From: Candidatus Versatilivorator sp.
GTDB lineage: Bacteria; Acidobacteriota; Terriglobia; Versatilivoradales; Versatilivoraceae
Direction of reading: 5' to 3'
Length of the DNA stretch: 64,000 bases
Assembly: GCA_965207735.1 (NCBI GenBank)
Contig: OZ242296.1
Location: 128,001-192,000, forward strand
Position 1 is the stretch's first letter. Each line of letters opens with the position of its first letter. Positions 8,346 to 16,923 of this stretch are shown here, in pieces. A program made the translations under genes and the position numbers. The notes beneath the pieces were generated by a model, which was not told the DNA's origin, ran no database searches, and was given only the letters and a program-made list of their open reading frames with translations.

Positions 8346-9995
8346 TCAGTTTTTCCAGGACTGCCGGTGGTATTGAAGAATGGTGGGCCGAAACTTGGTG
8401 TTGATTTCGATATGAGCGTCATCGAGCCAGCCCTTGCCGAATTCGCTGGCGTTGGACAGCAGGGCCGCGGTGAGATAGCCGGTAGGGACCCCAATGGAAG
8501 TCAGCCCCTCCAACCTTTCCTTCATGTCCGACGCGGTGGTTTGGTGCAGCCAGGCCAGGTGCCATCCCCACTCCCCGAAGCTGGGGACGTTCTGCCGGTA
8601 GGGCAGGGCCTGGTAGCCGGCGGCGCGCAGCGTCTTCCCGATGCACAGAAACATCTCCCGGGAGTGGTAGGGAGAGGTGGATTGCACGGCCACCAGACCG
8701 GCGGGGCCAAGCTGGCGGGCCAGCATCCGATAGAAATCCAGAGAGTAGAGTTTGGCCGTGCCCACCGATTTCGGATCGGGAAAGTCGATGATCACCAAGT
8801 CATAGGGGCCCTGCAGGCTGCGAACGAACAAGTCGGCATCCAGGTTTAAGACCCGGACCTTGGCCTGGGGGTAGAGGGTGTCGCTGAGCAGGGAAGAGGC
8901 CAGCTTGCTGGGACGGGAGATGGTCTGAACATCCCCGTCAGAAACACCCAGCGCCGGTCGCAGGGTGACACGGCCGTCCAGCAGGGCTCCCCGGTTGAGT
9001 CGAACCAGGTCGGGATGGCTGGCTGCCAGGTCGGTCATGGCGGGATCGATGTCCACCAGGTCCACTCGACGCACCGTGTCGTACTTCAGCACCTCCCGCA
9101 GGGCCAGGCCGTCGCCACCCCCGAGAATCAGCACTCTGGCGCGTGCGGAAGCCACTGAAAAGGGAACGTGCACCAGCATCTCGTGGTAAATCCGCTCGTC
9201 CCGGGAATTGAACTGCAAGTGGCCGTTGATGAAGAGGCTGAGCCGGTCGTTCCTGCGGGTCATGACGATGTGCTGGAACCTGGAAGTGTGGCTGTAGATG
9301 ACGGGATCGTTGTAGGTCCTCTGTTCCAGCGAAACTCTCCATTCCTCCGACAGGGCCAGCAGGCAGCCCAGGATCGCCACACCGGCGCAGGAGAGCAGCA
9401 ATAGCTTCCTGAAGTGTCGCAGCAGGGGACGGAAGTAGGCCAGCCCCAGCAAGGCCAGCAGGAGGTTGGCGCATCCCAGGGCCACGGCGATCTGGTTGAC
9501 GGACAGGTTGGCGAACAGGACGAAGGTGAACAGCAGGGCTCCCGCCAGCGAGCCCACGTAGTCCATGCTCAGGATCTCGGAGAGGTTGGTTCTGAGACTG
9601 GTCGAATACTCGCGGTTGATGCGGATCAGCAGGGGGATTTCGAGACCGATCAGGATGCCGATCCCCAGTGAAAATCCCCACAGCAGCAACATGTAGCTGG
9701 TGGAATAGACGTAGGCCAGGTAGATGAGCAGGGCGCTGACCCCTCCCGTCAGCCCCAGCAGGATCTCAACCAGCAGGAACTTGTCGACCAAGTCGCCGCT
9801 GATGTTCTTCTGCAGGGTGGCTCCCAGGCCCATGGCGAACATCATCAACCCGATGACCACGAAGATCTGTTCGTGGGAGGAACCCATCAGGTTGTTGCCC
9901 AGCGCCCCCAGGGTGTACTCGTAGGCAATCCCGCAAGCCCCCATGACGAACATGGACGCCGCCAGCACCTTTCGGGCATGTCGGAACCGGTTCAT
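8346..9995 (-). CDS. speE: Membrane-bound polyamine aminopropyltransferase (spermidine synthase-like, N-terminal multi-TM domain)
   Basis: ~7 TM helices, then 'YHEMLVH', 'VLILGGGDGLALREVLKY', 'DIDP', 'IIDFPDP'. Confidence 0.9.
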   Translation of the reverse strand: MNRFRHARKVLAASMFVMGACGIAYEYTLGALGNNLMGSSHEQIFVVIGLMMFAMGLGATLQKNISGDLVDKFLLVEILLGLTGGVSALLIYLAYVYSTSYMLLLWGFSLGIGILIGLEIPLLIRINREYSTSLRTNLSEILSMDYVGSLAGALLFTFVLFANLSVNQIAVALGCANLLLALLGLAYFRPLLRHFRKLLLLSCAGVAILGCLLALSEEWRVSLEQRTYNDPVIYSHTSRFQHIVMTRRNDRLSLFINGHLQFNSRDERIYHEMLVHVPFSVASARARVLILGGGDGLALREVLKYDTVRRVDLVDIDPAMTDLAASHPDLVRLNRGALLDGRVTLRPALGVSDGDVQTISRPSKLASSLLSDTLYPQAKVRVLNLDADLFVRSLQGPYDLVIIDFPDPKSVGTAKLYSLDFYRMLARQLGPAGLVAVQSTSPYHSREMFLCIGKTLRAAGYQALPYRQNVPSFGEWGWHLAWLHQTTASDMKERLEGLTSIGVPTGYLTAALLSNASEFGKGWLDDAHIEINTKFRPTILQYHRQSWKN

Positions 9996-10010
9996 GGTGA
10001 GAAATTCGGG

Positions 10011-10895
10011 TTACAGCATGAAAAAGAGGATGGACGCCATGCCGATGGCCACAACCGACTCGATCCAGGCGACTCCCAGGTTTCTGTCGACCGCGATTTC
10101 GTGGGCGATGCGGGTCCGCGGCAGCAGAGCGTGATCGACCATCTCACGCAACAGGAACAGGGCCACGAAGCCGACGGCCGCCAGGCTGGCGTATTCGGTG
10201 AGACTGGCGCTGAAGGATTCGAAATGGTGGGCGCTTGCCTTGAGCAACAGGATGCCCAGGGCGACCATGTTGCCGCCGAATGCTACCCCTGCCGCCGGGT
10301 TGTCCTTCTCGATCTCGGCATGAATGTCGTAGCGGGTGATCCACTGATAGAAGATGGAGAAGAGGACCAGCGTCACCTGACCTGCAAGGAAATAGCACAG
10401 GGCGGTGATGGGGCCGGTCCAAGCTCCGGCAAAGGCGGATTCGGGGGGGATTTCACCGTAGATCCCTCCCGCCAGGATGAGAGCTGTGGCGATATAGGCT
10501 CCGAACAACACGGCTCCCGTCCCCACGTTTCTGTCCTGGACCAGTTCCTTGTAGATGCTGAATTGGTGCAGCACCAGCTTGTCCACCAGTTTTCTGCCCA
10601 GGTTGAGCAGCACGATTCCGCCCAGGGCGTAGGCGGACACCACCCCCAGTTCGGGCAGGAGCCGGTTGAGATTCAGCAGGTCGCCCTCGGTTCCGGTGGA
10701 TGCGCCCAGGAAGATAATCATGACCCCGGCGTAGTAACCGCTCAAGCTCAGCCCGATGGCGGGGTTGTCCCGTACCGTCAGCTCCTCGTCGAGTGGGTAA
10801 GGCGTGAGCAGGTCGTTGACGAACTTGGCGATCATCAGAATGACCGCGCCAAGAACCACGTAGCACAGGCTGACTCCCAGTTCGATCCAGTCCAT
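10011..10895 (-). CDS. DUF350 (YjfL-like) membrane protein with two DUF350 units
   Basis: Repeated 'EEL..RDNPAIG', 'KELVQDRNVGTG', 'AEIEKDNPAAG', 'HEIAVDRNLGVA' between TM helices. Confidence 0.85.
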   Translation of the reverse strand: MDWIELGVSLCYVVLGAVILMIAKFVNDLLTPYPLDEELTVRDNPAIGLSLSGYYAGVMIIFLGASTGTEGDLLNLNRLLPELGVVSAYALGGIVLLNLGRKLVDKLVLHQFSIYKELVQDRNVGTGAVLFGAYIATALILAGGIYGEIPPESAFAGAWTGPITALCYFLAGQVTLVLFSIFYQWITRYDIHAEIEKDNPAAGVAFGGNMVALGILLLKASAHHFESFSASLTEYASLAAVGFVALFLLREMVDHALLPRTRIAHEIAVDRNLGVAWIESVVAIGMASILFFML

Positions 10896-10897
10896 GG

Positions 10898-12337
10898 TCA
10901 CTTGCCTCCAAAAAAGGAGCGGCGGCCGCGACTACCATAGGAGCCGCCCCGTCCGCTGGCGCTGGCGGTGCGAAATCGAGAAGATCGATACCCCCTGAGG
11001 TTGCCGCCGCTCCGCTTGTAATAGGAGTTTCGATAGCCCCCGCTCCGCACGTAGCGGGAGGATCGATACCGGGAAGAGGTCATCCGGCTGTTGGTGCCGT
11101 AGCGAGGCTGTCCGGCCGCGGTCCGTCCGTAGTAGGTTCTGCCCGAGGTGTAGGATCGGCGATAGTCGGTGTAGTCACGGGGCATTATGGGCTGGTAAGC
11201 GGATCCCCAGAACATGGAGCGCATGAACATGTACTGGCCGTAAAAGACCCAGAAGGAACCGCCGTGGCTGTCCCGGCGCCATTGCCCGTACTGGTTGCTC
11301 TGCCCCGGGGGCGCCAGGTAGGAATAGCCGGCCGGCTGGGCCAGGGATTCGGCTTCTTCCTCGTACTTGCCGGCCGGCTTGCGAGCCACCGACATCCCCA
11401 GCTTGCCTTCCAGGGCGTCGAAGGTGGCTTTGGAAACCTGAACCCATGCCTCTCTTTCGGAGTGGGCGCCCTGTTTCTTCTGGGGGTCCTGGATATGGAC
11501 CGTCACCGTCTTGTACTTGTGGTGAAGGGTCAGAGTTTCACCTTCCCTGACGTCCATGTCCACCAGGATCCTGTCCCAGGAGAGGTAGAGCTGACTTAAC
11601 CGCTGGCCGAGTTGACTGTCCAGTCGCGCCAGTTGCAGCCCGTCGGCCTGCAGGTTCCGGTGGGTCTCCAAAATCAGCAAGGCATCGGCGTTGGGGGCGG
11701 CGATGGTCCGGGAGCGCTCCTTCCACAGGGACGCCGACCGGGCCTTGACCTCAGCCATTCGTTGGATGGCCTGGCTCAGGTCGGCTTTTTTCTCGGGCCA
11801 GTCGATCATGGCTCTCTGAGCACCGGGAATGCTGGCGGGGCGATAGGCGGCAAGCTGCCGATAGCTGGCCCGGGCCTCCCCGACGTACCGGCCGCGGTTC
11901 TTGTCCACCTCGCTGACGGTCCTGGCCAGATCCAGTATGTCGCTGGTGCCCTGCAAGGCCTGGGTCCGCTTCTGCCTGGCCTGGCCGATGCGGCGTTCAA
12001 TCTCCACCCGCAGTTCATCGTCGTCTTGGGCGGCCAGATCTCTGGCCTGGTCCAGCTCGCCGCCAGCCGAGTCCAGGTCCTTCTGCGATTGGTCCAGTCG
12101 GGCCAGCCACTGCTCCCGCTTGGCCTGAGGCAGCCCGGTCATGGAGTCGATCAAGGAGCGGGCCTCCCGACTCAGTTTGCCGTAATTGGCCCGCGAGGTG
12201 TTCAAGAGCTGGTCGGCTGTGGCCAGGGCGGCTTGGGTCTGCGGGTTCAACCCCCCGCCCGAGAAGGTGAGAACCCCGGTCAGTAGAGCCAGCACGGCTA
12301 TTCCGGCCGAGGCGTAGAGCAGGGATTGTTTGTCCAT
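10898..12337 (-). CDS. Membrane-anchored helical protein with R/S/G/Y-rich C-terminal tail (YjfM/DUF1190-like position)
   Basis: N-terminal TM, long coiled-coil, 'GGSFWVFYGQYMFM', low-complexity tail ending FFGGK; RBS aggagg. Confidence 0.75.
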   Translation of the reverse strand: MDKQSLLYASAGIAVLALLTGVLTFSGGGLNPQTQAALATADQLLNTSRANYGKLSREARSLIDSMTGLPQAKREQWLARLDQSQKDLDSAGGELDQARDLAAQDDDELRVEIERRIGQARQKRTQALQGTSDILDLARTVSEVDKNRGRYVGEARASYRQLAAYRPASIPGAQRAMIDWPEKKADLSQAIQRMAEVKARSASLWKERSRTIAAPNADALLILETHRNLQADGLQLARLDSQLGQRLSQLYLSWDRILVDMDVREGETLTLHHKYKTVTVHIQDPQKKQGAHSEREAWVQVSKATFDALEGKLGMSVARKPAGKYEEEAESLAQPAGYSYLAPPGQSNQYGQWRRDSHGGSFWVFYGQYMFMRSMFWGSAYQPIMPRDYTDYRRSYTSGRTYYGRTAAGQPRYGTNSRMTSSRYRSSRYVRSGGYRNSYYKRSGGNLRGYRSSRFRTASASGRGGSYGSRGRRSFFGGK

Positions 12338-12347
12338 GGTTCTCCTC

Positions 12348-12908
12348 CTACCGAAGCGCGGTCACTGACCGGCTCAAGACCGCCGCGGACTCCTGGGGAT
12401 AGGAGTGCAGGGAACTCACCTCCAGTCCCGACTCCAGGGGGCGCACTCCCAGACAGGTCATCGGCGGGCGGCGGCTGGCCTTTTCGGCCGCAAACTCTGA
12501 AGCCAAGTGGACCGGAAAGCGGCTGATGCGGGCTCGCGCTCGATCCAGCTGCTCCAGCCCCGAGGTCCCTCCGGTTGATATGAGCCCGATCTCGAACTCG
12601 AAGTGGAGGTCCCCGTCCAAGTAGCGGAAGGGTTGCCGCCCGGAGAAGTCCGGCCCCAGGGACAGGACCGGAGCCATTTCGCTGCCGCCGGCGCAGGAGA
12701 GCAGTTCCGACCAGCGCCCACACCGTACCAGGTGGCTGGTTGCGATCACATGAACCTGGAAGTCCAGGTCGAGATGGCTCAGGCCGGCCGAGGCCACGAC
12801 CTTGAACCGGGAGGGGTCGATGGCTCCCCGAAACAGGCAGAGTCGCAGGTTCCGGTGGGAGGTGTCCCGGTATTGAATGGCGAGCGCCGGCTCGCCATTC
12901 TCAGTCAG
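12348..12908 (-). CDS. DUF2617 family protein (start uncertain)
   Basis: Frame is open upstream of the ORF-track start: 'IQYRDTSHRNLRL...VHVIATSH...WSELLSC...LHSYPQE...SRS' resembles DUF2617; context with DUF4178/DUF350/speE agrees. Confidence 0.7.
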   Translation of the reverse strand: MTENGEPALAIQYRDTSHRNLRLCLFRGAIDPSRFKVVASAGLSHLDLDFQVHVIATSHLVRCGRWSELLSCAGGSEMAPVLSLGPDFSGRQPFRYLDGDLHFEFEIGLISTGGTSGLEQLDRARARISRFPVHLASEFAAEKASRRPPMTCLGVRPLESGLEVSSLHSYPQESAAVLSRSVTALR

Positions 12909-13033
12909 TCGCTCGGTGCAGGGTAGGGAAGTTAATTGCCGCAGCGTTTTTCCGGTCCTGTGGTTGTGGTTAAGGTGTGAAGGCCGTCGGAGAGAAACCG
13001 TGCCGGGCGCTCCTCCCGGGTGATAGTTGCTGG

Positions 13034-13651
13034 CTACGCCCGAAAGATCCTGACCCGGCTGGGGTCGATTCTTTCCGAGATGCCGACCTCGAATGGGTCG
13101 CCCTCATATTTCTCGATGAAGAGCTGCAGGTCGTCGCAGTCGAACTTCCAATAGTAGAAGCCCTCCGCCTCCGGCCCGTCGTCCTTGAAGTAGCCGGCCT
13201 CGGCGCTCTCCCGGTAGACCCATCGCTTGCCCTGATACTCGATGAAGCGGGACCGCGATCTCTCCTCGTCCATGCGGGCCAGATCTTCTTCGCTGACGCC
13301 GATGGCTTCCAGGTGCAGTCCGCCCTGCCGCTGGATCGAGATCTCCAGTTCGTCGTCCTCGGACCACTCCAGGAAGACCCTCTTGCCGGCGCTGAGGCCG
13401 CTCAGCTCGAACCACTGCTCGCCGTCGGACTCGTAGCGGTTGAGCCGGTCCACGGTAAAGGACAGATCTTCGTAGGATTGACCCGCTCCGGAGAGGATGA
13501 CGTTGTCCCCCCGGGTTGCATCCTTGACGGTGAGGTTGGCCAGGTCGGCTCGCTGGGGGAAGTCCTCCACCTTGGGCTTTTTTTTGCGCAGCGCCTTGTA
13601 GAGGAGATAGCCCGCCAAGCCCAGAAGGATCAGTATGAGGACTTCGGTCAT
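13034..13651 (-). CDS. DUF4178-like protein with N-terminal TM helix
   Basis: 'WFEL', 'FLEWSEDDELE', 'IEYQGKRWVYRESAEA', 'YYWKF', 'LFIEKY'. Confidence 0.75.
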   Translation of the reverse strand: MTEVLILILLGLAGYLLYKALRKKKPKVEDFPQRADLANLTVKDATRGDNVILSGAGQSYEDLSFTVDRLNRYESDGEQWFELSGLSAGKRVFLEWSEDDELEISIQRQGGLHLEAIGVSEEDLARMDEERSRSRFIEYQGKRWVYRESAEAGYFKDDGPEAEGFYYWKFDCDDLQLFIEKYEGDPFEVGISERIDPSRVRIFRA

Positions 13652-13675
13652 GGCGAGGTGCGGTTTGCCCTGGGC

Positions 13676-14362
13676 TTACGGCCTCTTGGAGGACTCCACC
13701 TCGGCCTTCAGCCGGTCCAGCTCGCTGTCGGTGGTGGAGACGTCCAGGGCGGCAAACTCCTTCTCCAGATCGGGGTCGGCGCCGGCCGACATGTTTTCAT
13801 AGGCCTTGGCGGTGGCTTCTTCCCGATTGACGGCCTCTTCGAAGCGCGAAATGGACGCAAAGGCGTTGTCGTCGGTTCCCAGGCCGCTCATCACCTGTGC
13901 CATTTTCTTCTGGGCGTTGGCGGCGTTCTTCCGGGCGATGAGGGTGCTGGCCTTGCGCTTGGACTCGTCGATCTTGCGGCGGAGCTGCTCCACCTGGTTC
14001 TTGAGCTTGTCGCGGGCGATCACGCCCTGATCCACCGCATCCTTGAGGGATGCCGCCTGCTGGTCGCATTCGGTCTTCTTGGCCAAGGCCTTCCTGGCCA
14101 GATCCTCGTTGCCCGCCAGCAGGGCTTTCCTGGCCTTGCCTTCCCAGTCCTTGGACTGCTCCAGGTGCTTGCCGTACTCGGCTTCCAGGCGATTGCAGTT
14201 GCTCATGGCATCGGCGGCGGACCGGATCACCCGGTGAAGCTGGTCCTCCATGTCCCGAATGCTCTGCCGCAGGGTCGACTCGAAAGTGGCATCCTCCAAT
14301 TTGTCGACGCCCTCGTTGAGCTTGCCCTTGCTGACTCGAAACAATCTGTCCAGGATCCCCAT
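13676..14362 (-). CDS. pspA: PspA/IM30 (bacterial ESCRT-III) family protein
   Basis: MGILDRLFRV amphipathic N-terminus, 'WEGKARKALLAGNEDLARKAL', 'LIARKNAANAQ', 'DLEKEFAAL', 'ELDRLKA'. Confidence 0.92.
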   Translation of the reverse strand: MGILDRLFRVSKGKLNEGVDKLEDATFESTLRQSIRDMEDQLHRVIRSAADAMSNCNRLEAEYGKHLEQSKDWEGKARKALLAGNEDLARKALAKKTECDQQAASLKDAVDQGVIARDKLKNQVEQLRRKIDESKRKASTLIARKNAANAQKKMAQVMSGLGTDDNAFASISRFEEAVNREEATAKAYENMSAGADPDLEKEFAALDVSTTDSELDRLKAEVESSKRP

Positions 14363-14407
14363 GGTTGTTGACTCCTTCGCTAAGAAATGCGGGTCAGGGT
14401 TCTGAGG

Positions 14408-14806
14408 CTAATCCAAAAGGTCCCTGGCCTCGCAGACATCCCCGACCAGGAAGCTGATGCAGGAGAGGATGTCGTCCCGATCGTCCTCGCCCAGGCTTTG
14501 CAGCTTGGCAAAGTTGTTCAGGGTGATGGCCGTCTTGCCGTTCCCCAGGTCGTAAAGCTGAAAACTGGAGGTGGAGATGCCGTTCTGGGCATCCAGCATC
14601 CGAGCCATCAGGGTAGGGGTGACCGAGCCCGAATCCACCACCTGGCACGAGACCGTGTTGTAGAGAATGTCATGCTCCAGCACGCAGGAGACCGGAATGC
14701 CGCTCTCGATGTCCCTGATCTGAAGGGTATCCCCTTCGACCTTGACCACCTCGTAACCCGCGTTGGCAACGATTTCCTCCACCTCATCGATCATCGGACC
14801 CGCCAT
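14408..14806 (-). CDS. YjfI/DUF2170- or CesT-like chaperone-fold protein
   Basis: 132-aa acidic alpha/beta protein directly upstream of pspA, good RBS (agggagg); family call rests partly on context. Confidence 0.6.
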   Translation of the reverse strand: MAGPMIDEVEEIVANAGYEVVKVEGDTLQIRDIESGIPVSCVLEHDILYNTVSCQVVDSGSVTPTLMARMLDAQNGISTSSFQLYDLGNGKTAITLNNFAKLQSLGEDDRDDILSCISFLVGDVCEARDLLD

Positions 14807-14854
14807 CGAGAAACCTCCCTGAGCAAACTTCCAAAACACATGCGCGACGCCGCC

Positions 14855-14883
14855 ATTATGGCAGCAATGCCCGCGATTTTCAA
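14855..14883 (-). promoter_or_regulatory. sigma70-like promoter of the pspA operon
   Basis: TTGAAA-17 nt-CATAAT, about 50 nt before the first start codon. Confidence 0.55.
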
Positions 14884-15054
14884 TGCCGGTGGGATGGGGC
14901 GGATTGGGAGGTGCCGGCGGTAGTTGGAGGCCGGATGCCTGAGAGGCCGGAAGCATTCGAACTGCAAGGGATTCGTGTTAGAGTCGGGCAATCGGCGCTC
15001 CTATACATAACATGAGGGCAGGAGAGCCTTTTGCAAAATTCGTCGTGCAGAACT

Positions 15055-15170
15055 GGGGACGTTGTTGAATTGCTGGAACAACTTCGATCAGTCGCTCCTA
15101 AATAGCTTTGATTCAATAACATCTCCTACGTGCTCTCTGCCAGTTATTCCAGTAATTCAACAACGTCCCC
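15055..15170. repeat. Short (116 bp) member of the GGGGACGTTGTTGAATT inverted-repeat family
   Basis: ggggacgttgttgaattgctggaacaact ... agttattccagtaattcaacaacgtcccc. Confidence 0.85.
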
Positions 15171-15214
15171 TATTCGCTTCCCTCAACATTGCCGAAGCCG
15201 GCGCCTGCCCACCC

Positions 15215-16369
15215 CTACCAGTAGGAACCCATCCAGGTGGCTTCCTGGGGGACCTTCATGGGGGGATATCTGCGGATGGCCTCTTCGTCGATGTCGGTGC
15301 CCAGTCCCGGTCCCTGGGGGATGGTGAGGTAGCCGTCGCGGTACTCGATGGGCTCGGTAAGGACCTGGTTGTAGCGCTCCAGGTAGGGGTAGAAGAATTC
15401 CTGGATCTGCACGTTGGGAATGCAGGCGTCCAGGTGCAGGCTGGCCACGGTTGACAGGGGGCCGTTGGAGTTGTGGGGCTGGACGCTGACGTAGTAGGTC
15501 TCGGCCATGGCCGCGATTTTTTTCAGTTCGAGGATGCCGCCGGCGTGGCAGATGTCGGGCTGGATGATGCGGGCGGCCTGCTTTTCCAGCAGCGGGCGGA
15601 AGTCCCAGCGGGTGTAGAGGCGCTCGCCGGTGGCGACCGGGATGCGAATGGACCGCTGCACCTCGGCCATGGCGTCGATGTTGTCGGGCGGGATGGGTTC
15701 TTCGTAGAAGAAGGGGTCCAGCGGCTCCAGCTTGTGGGCGATGCGAATGGCGCTCCACATGTTGAATCGGCCGTGGCATTCGATGAGCAGATCGATGTCG
15801 GGGCCTACGGCCTCCCGAACCGCCTGGACGGACTCCAGGGCGTACTTCTCCTCGCTCTTGGAGATGACCTGTCCGCCGTCACGGAAAGGATCCCATTTCA
15901 TGGCCGTAAACCCCTTGTCCACCATGGCCTGGGCCTGGAGGGCCACCGATTGGGGAGTGTCCTCGGCCTTGGTCTCGGTCACCACGCCCCGGAAGGCCCA
16001 GGCATTGGCGTAGGCCCGAACCCTGTCCCTCAGGCGCCCGCCCAGCAGCTCGTGGACGGGAACCCCCAGTGCTTTGCCCTTGATGTCCCAAAGGGCCTGC
16101 TCCACCCCGCTCAAGGCGGCCAGCTGGATGAGCTGCCCATACCAGAAGGTCTGCTTGTAGAGGGAGTTCCAGATCAGCTCGATCCGGTGGGGATCCTTGC
16201 CGACGAGAAAGTCTCGGAACGACTCCAGCGCCCGGATCAGCAGGGGATCGTGGCGCTCCATGGAGGACTCCCCCACGCCGGTCAGACCCACGTCGGTGTA
16301 GAGCTTCACGAAGATCCAATTGGCGTGGCCTCCCGCCATGTGGAACACTTTCAGATCAGTGATTTTCAC
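15215..16369 (-). CDS. Mandelate racemase/galactonate dehydratase-family enolase-superfamily enzyme
   Basis: GTG start VKITDLKVF; 'ALWDIKGKALGVPVHELLGG', 'KWDP', 'ECHGR', 'EEP', 'TGERL', 'QPDICHAGG'. Confidence 0.92.
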   Translation of the reverse strand: MKITDLKVFHMAGGHANWIFVKLYTDVGLTGVGESSMERHDPLLIRALESFRDFLVGKDPHRIELIWNSLYKQTFWYGQLIQLAALSGVEQALWDIKGKALGVPVHELLGGRLRDRVRAYANAWAFRGVVTETKAEDTPQSVALQAQAMVDKGFTAMKWDPFRDGGQVISKSEEKYALESVQAVREAVGPDIDLLIECHGRFNMWSAIRIAHKLEPLDPFFYEEPIPPDNIDAMAEVQRSIRIPVATGERLYTRWDFRPLLEKQAARIIQPDICHAGGILELKKIAAMAETYYVSVQPHNSNGPLSTVASLHLDACIPNVQIQEFFYPYLERYNQVLTEPIEYRDGYLTIPQGPGLGTDIDEEAIRRYPPMKVPQEATWMGSYW

Positions 16370-16460
16370 GGTTGAATCTCCCGGGATGGCGCGACTGACA
16401 GAGAAGACAGGTAGATCACGGCAGGTTCCAGCGCACGGCCTCCACAAATGTGGGTCCCAA

Positions 16461-16490
16461 GGGGACGTTGTTGAATTACTGGAAAAACCT
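16461..16490. repeat. Solo end of the GGGGACGTTGTTGAATT family
   Basis: ggggacgttgttgaattactggaaaaac. Confidence 0.75.
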
Positions 16491-16620
16491 GTCCTGCCGC
16501 CTGGAGGGGGAAATCTTACCATAGAGCCTCCCGCGGAGGGCGCAACCAGGAGCCAGGACGGCATGGTCGCCGTCGAGGGTCCATCGCTCCCTCCTCGAGG
16601 GGAAGAGTGGTGGATGACGA

Positions 16621-16775
16621 CCTCCCGGGTGCGCGGGCGTCCCGCCCGCACAGGCTCTGGCACAGACTGGCCCATTCCTGGGACACGACCGTAGGTGCGG
16701 TTGGCCAGGGGATCGTAGAGGAGGGGGCGTTGGCGGGATAAGGATGCGGGCGGGACGTCCGCCCTCCCGGGGGGT
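16621..16775. repeat. REP-like inverted doublet
   Basis: cccgggtgcgcgggcgtcccgcccgca ... tgcgggcgggacgtccgccctcccggg; another arm at ~36770-36797. Confidence 0.7.
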
Positions 16776-16923
16776 GCCACTTGGACGGGTACCCCATTTG
16801 CATCGGTTACGGCCTTGTGTGACAATCTCCAGCCAGTCCGTGGAGGGCCGCAAGGGATGGGTTGCAAACCGGACCCTTACCGCGTCCCTTCCACTTCCAG
16901 CCCGACCTTTCCCTGGAGAACCC

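Noticed and set aside
15055-16490. Composite transposon carrying the dehydratase gene
   Set aside because: The solo end at 16461 faces away from the gene, so the ends do not enclose it
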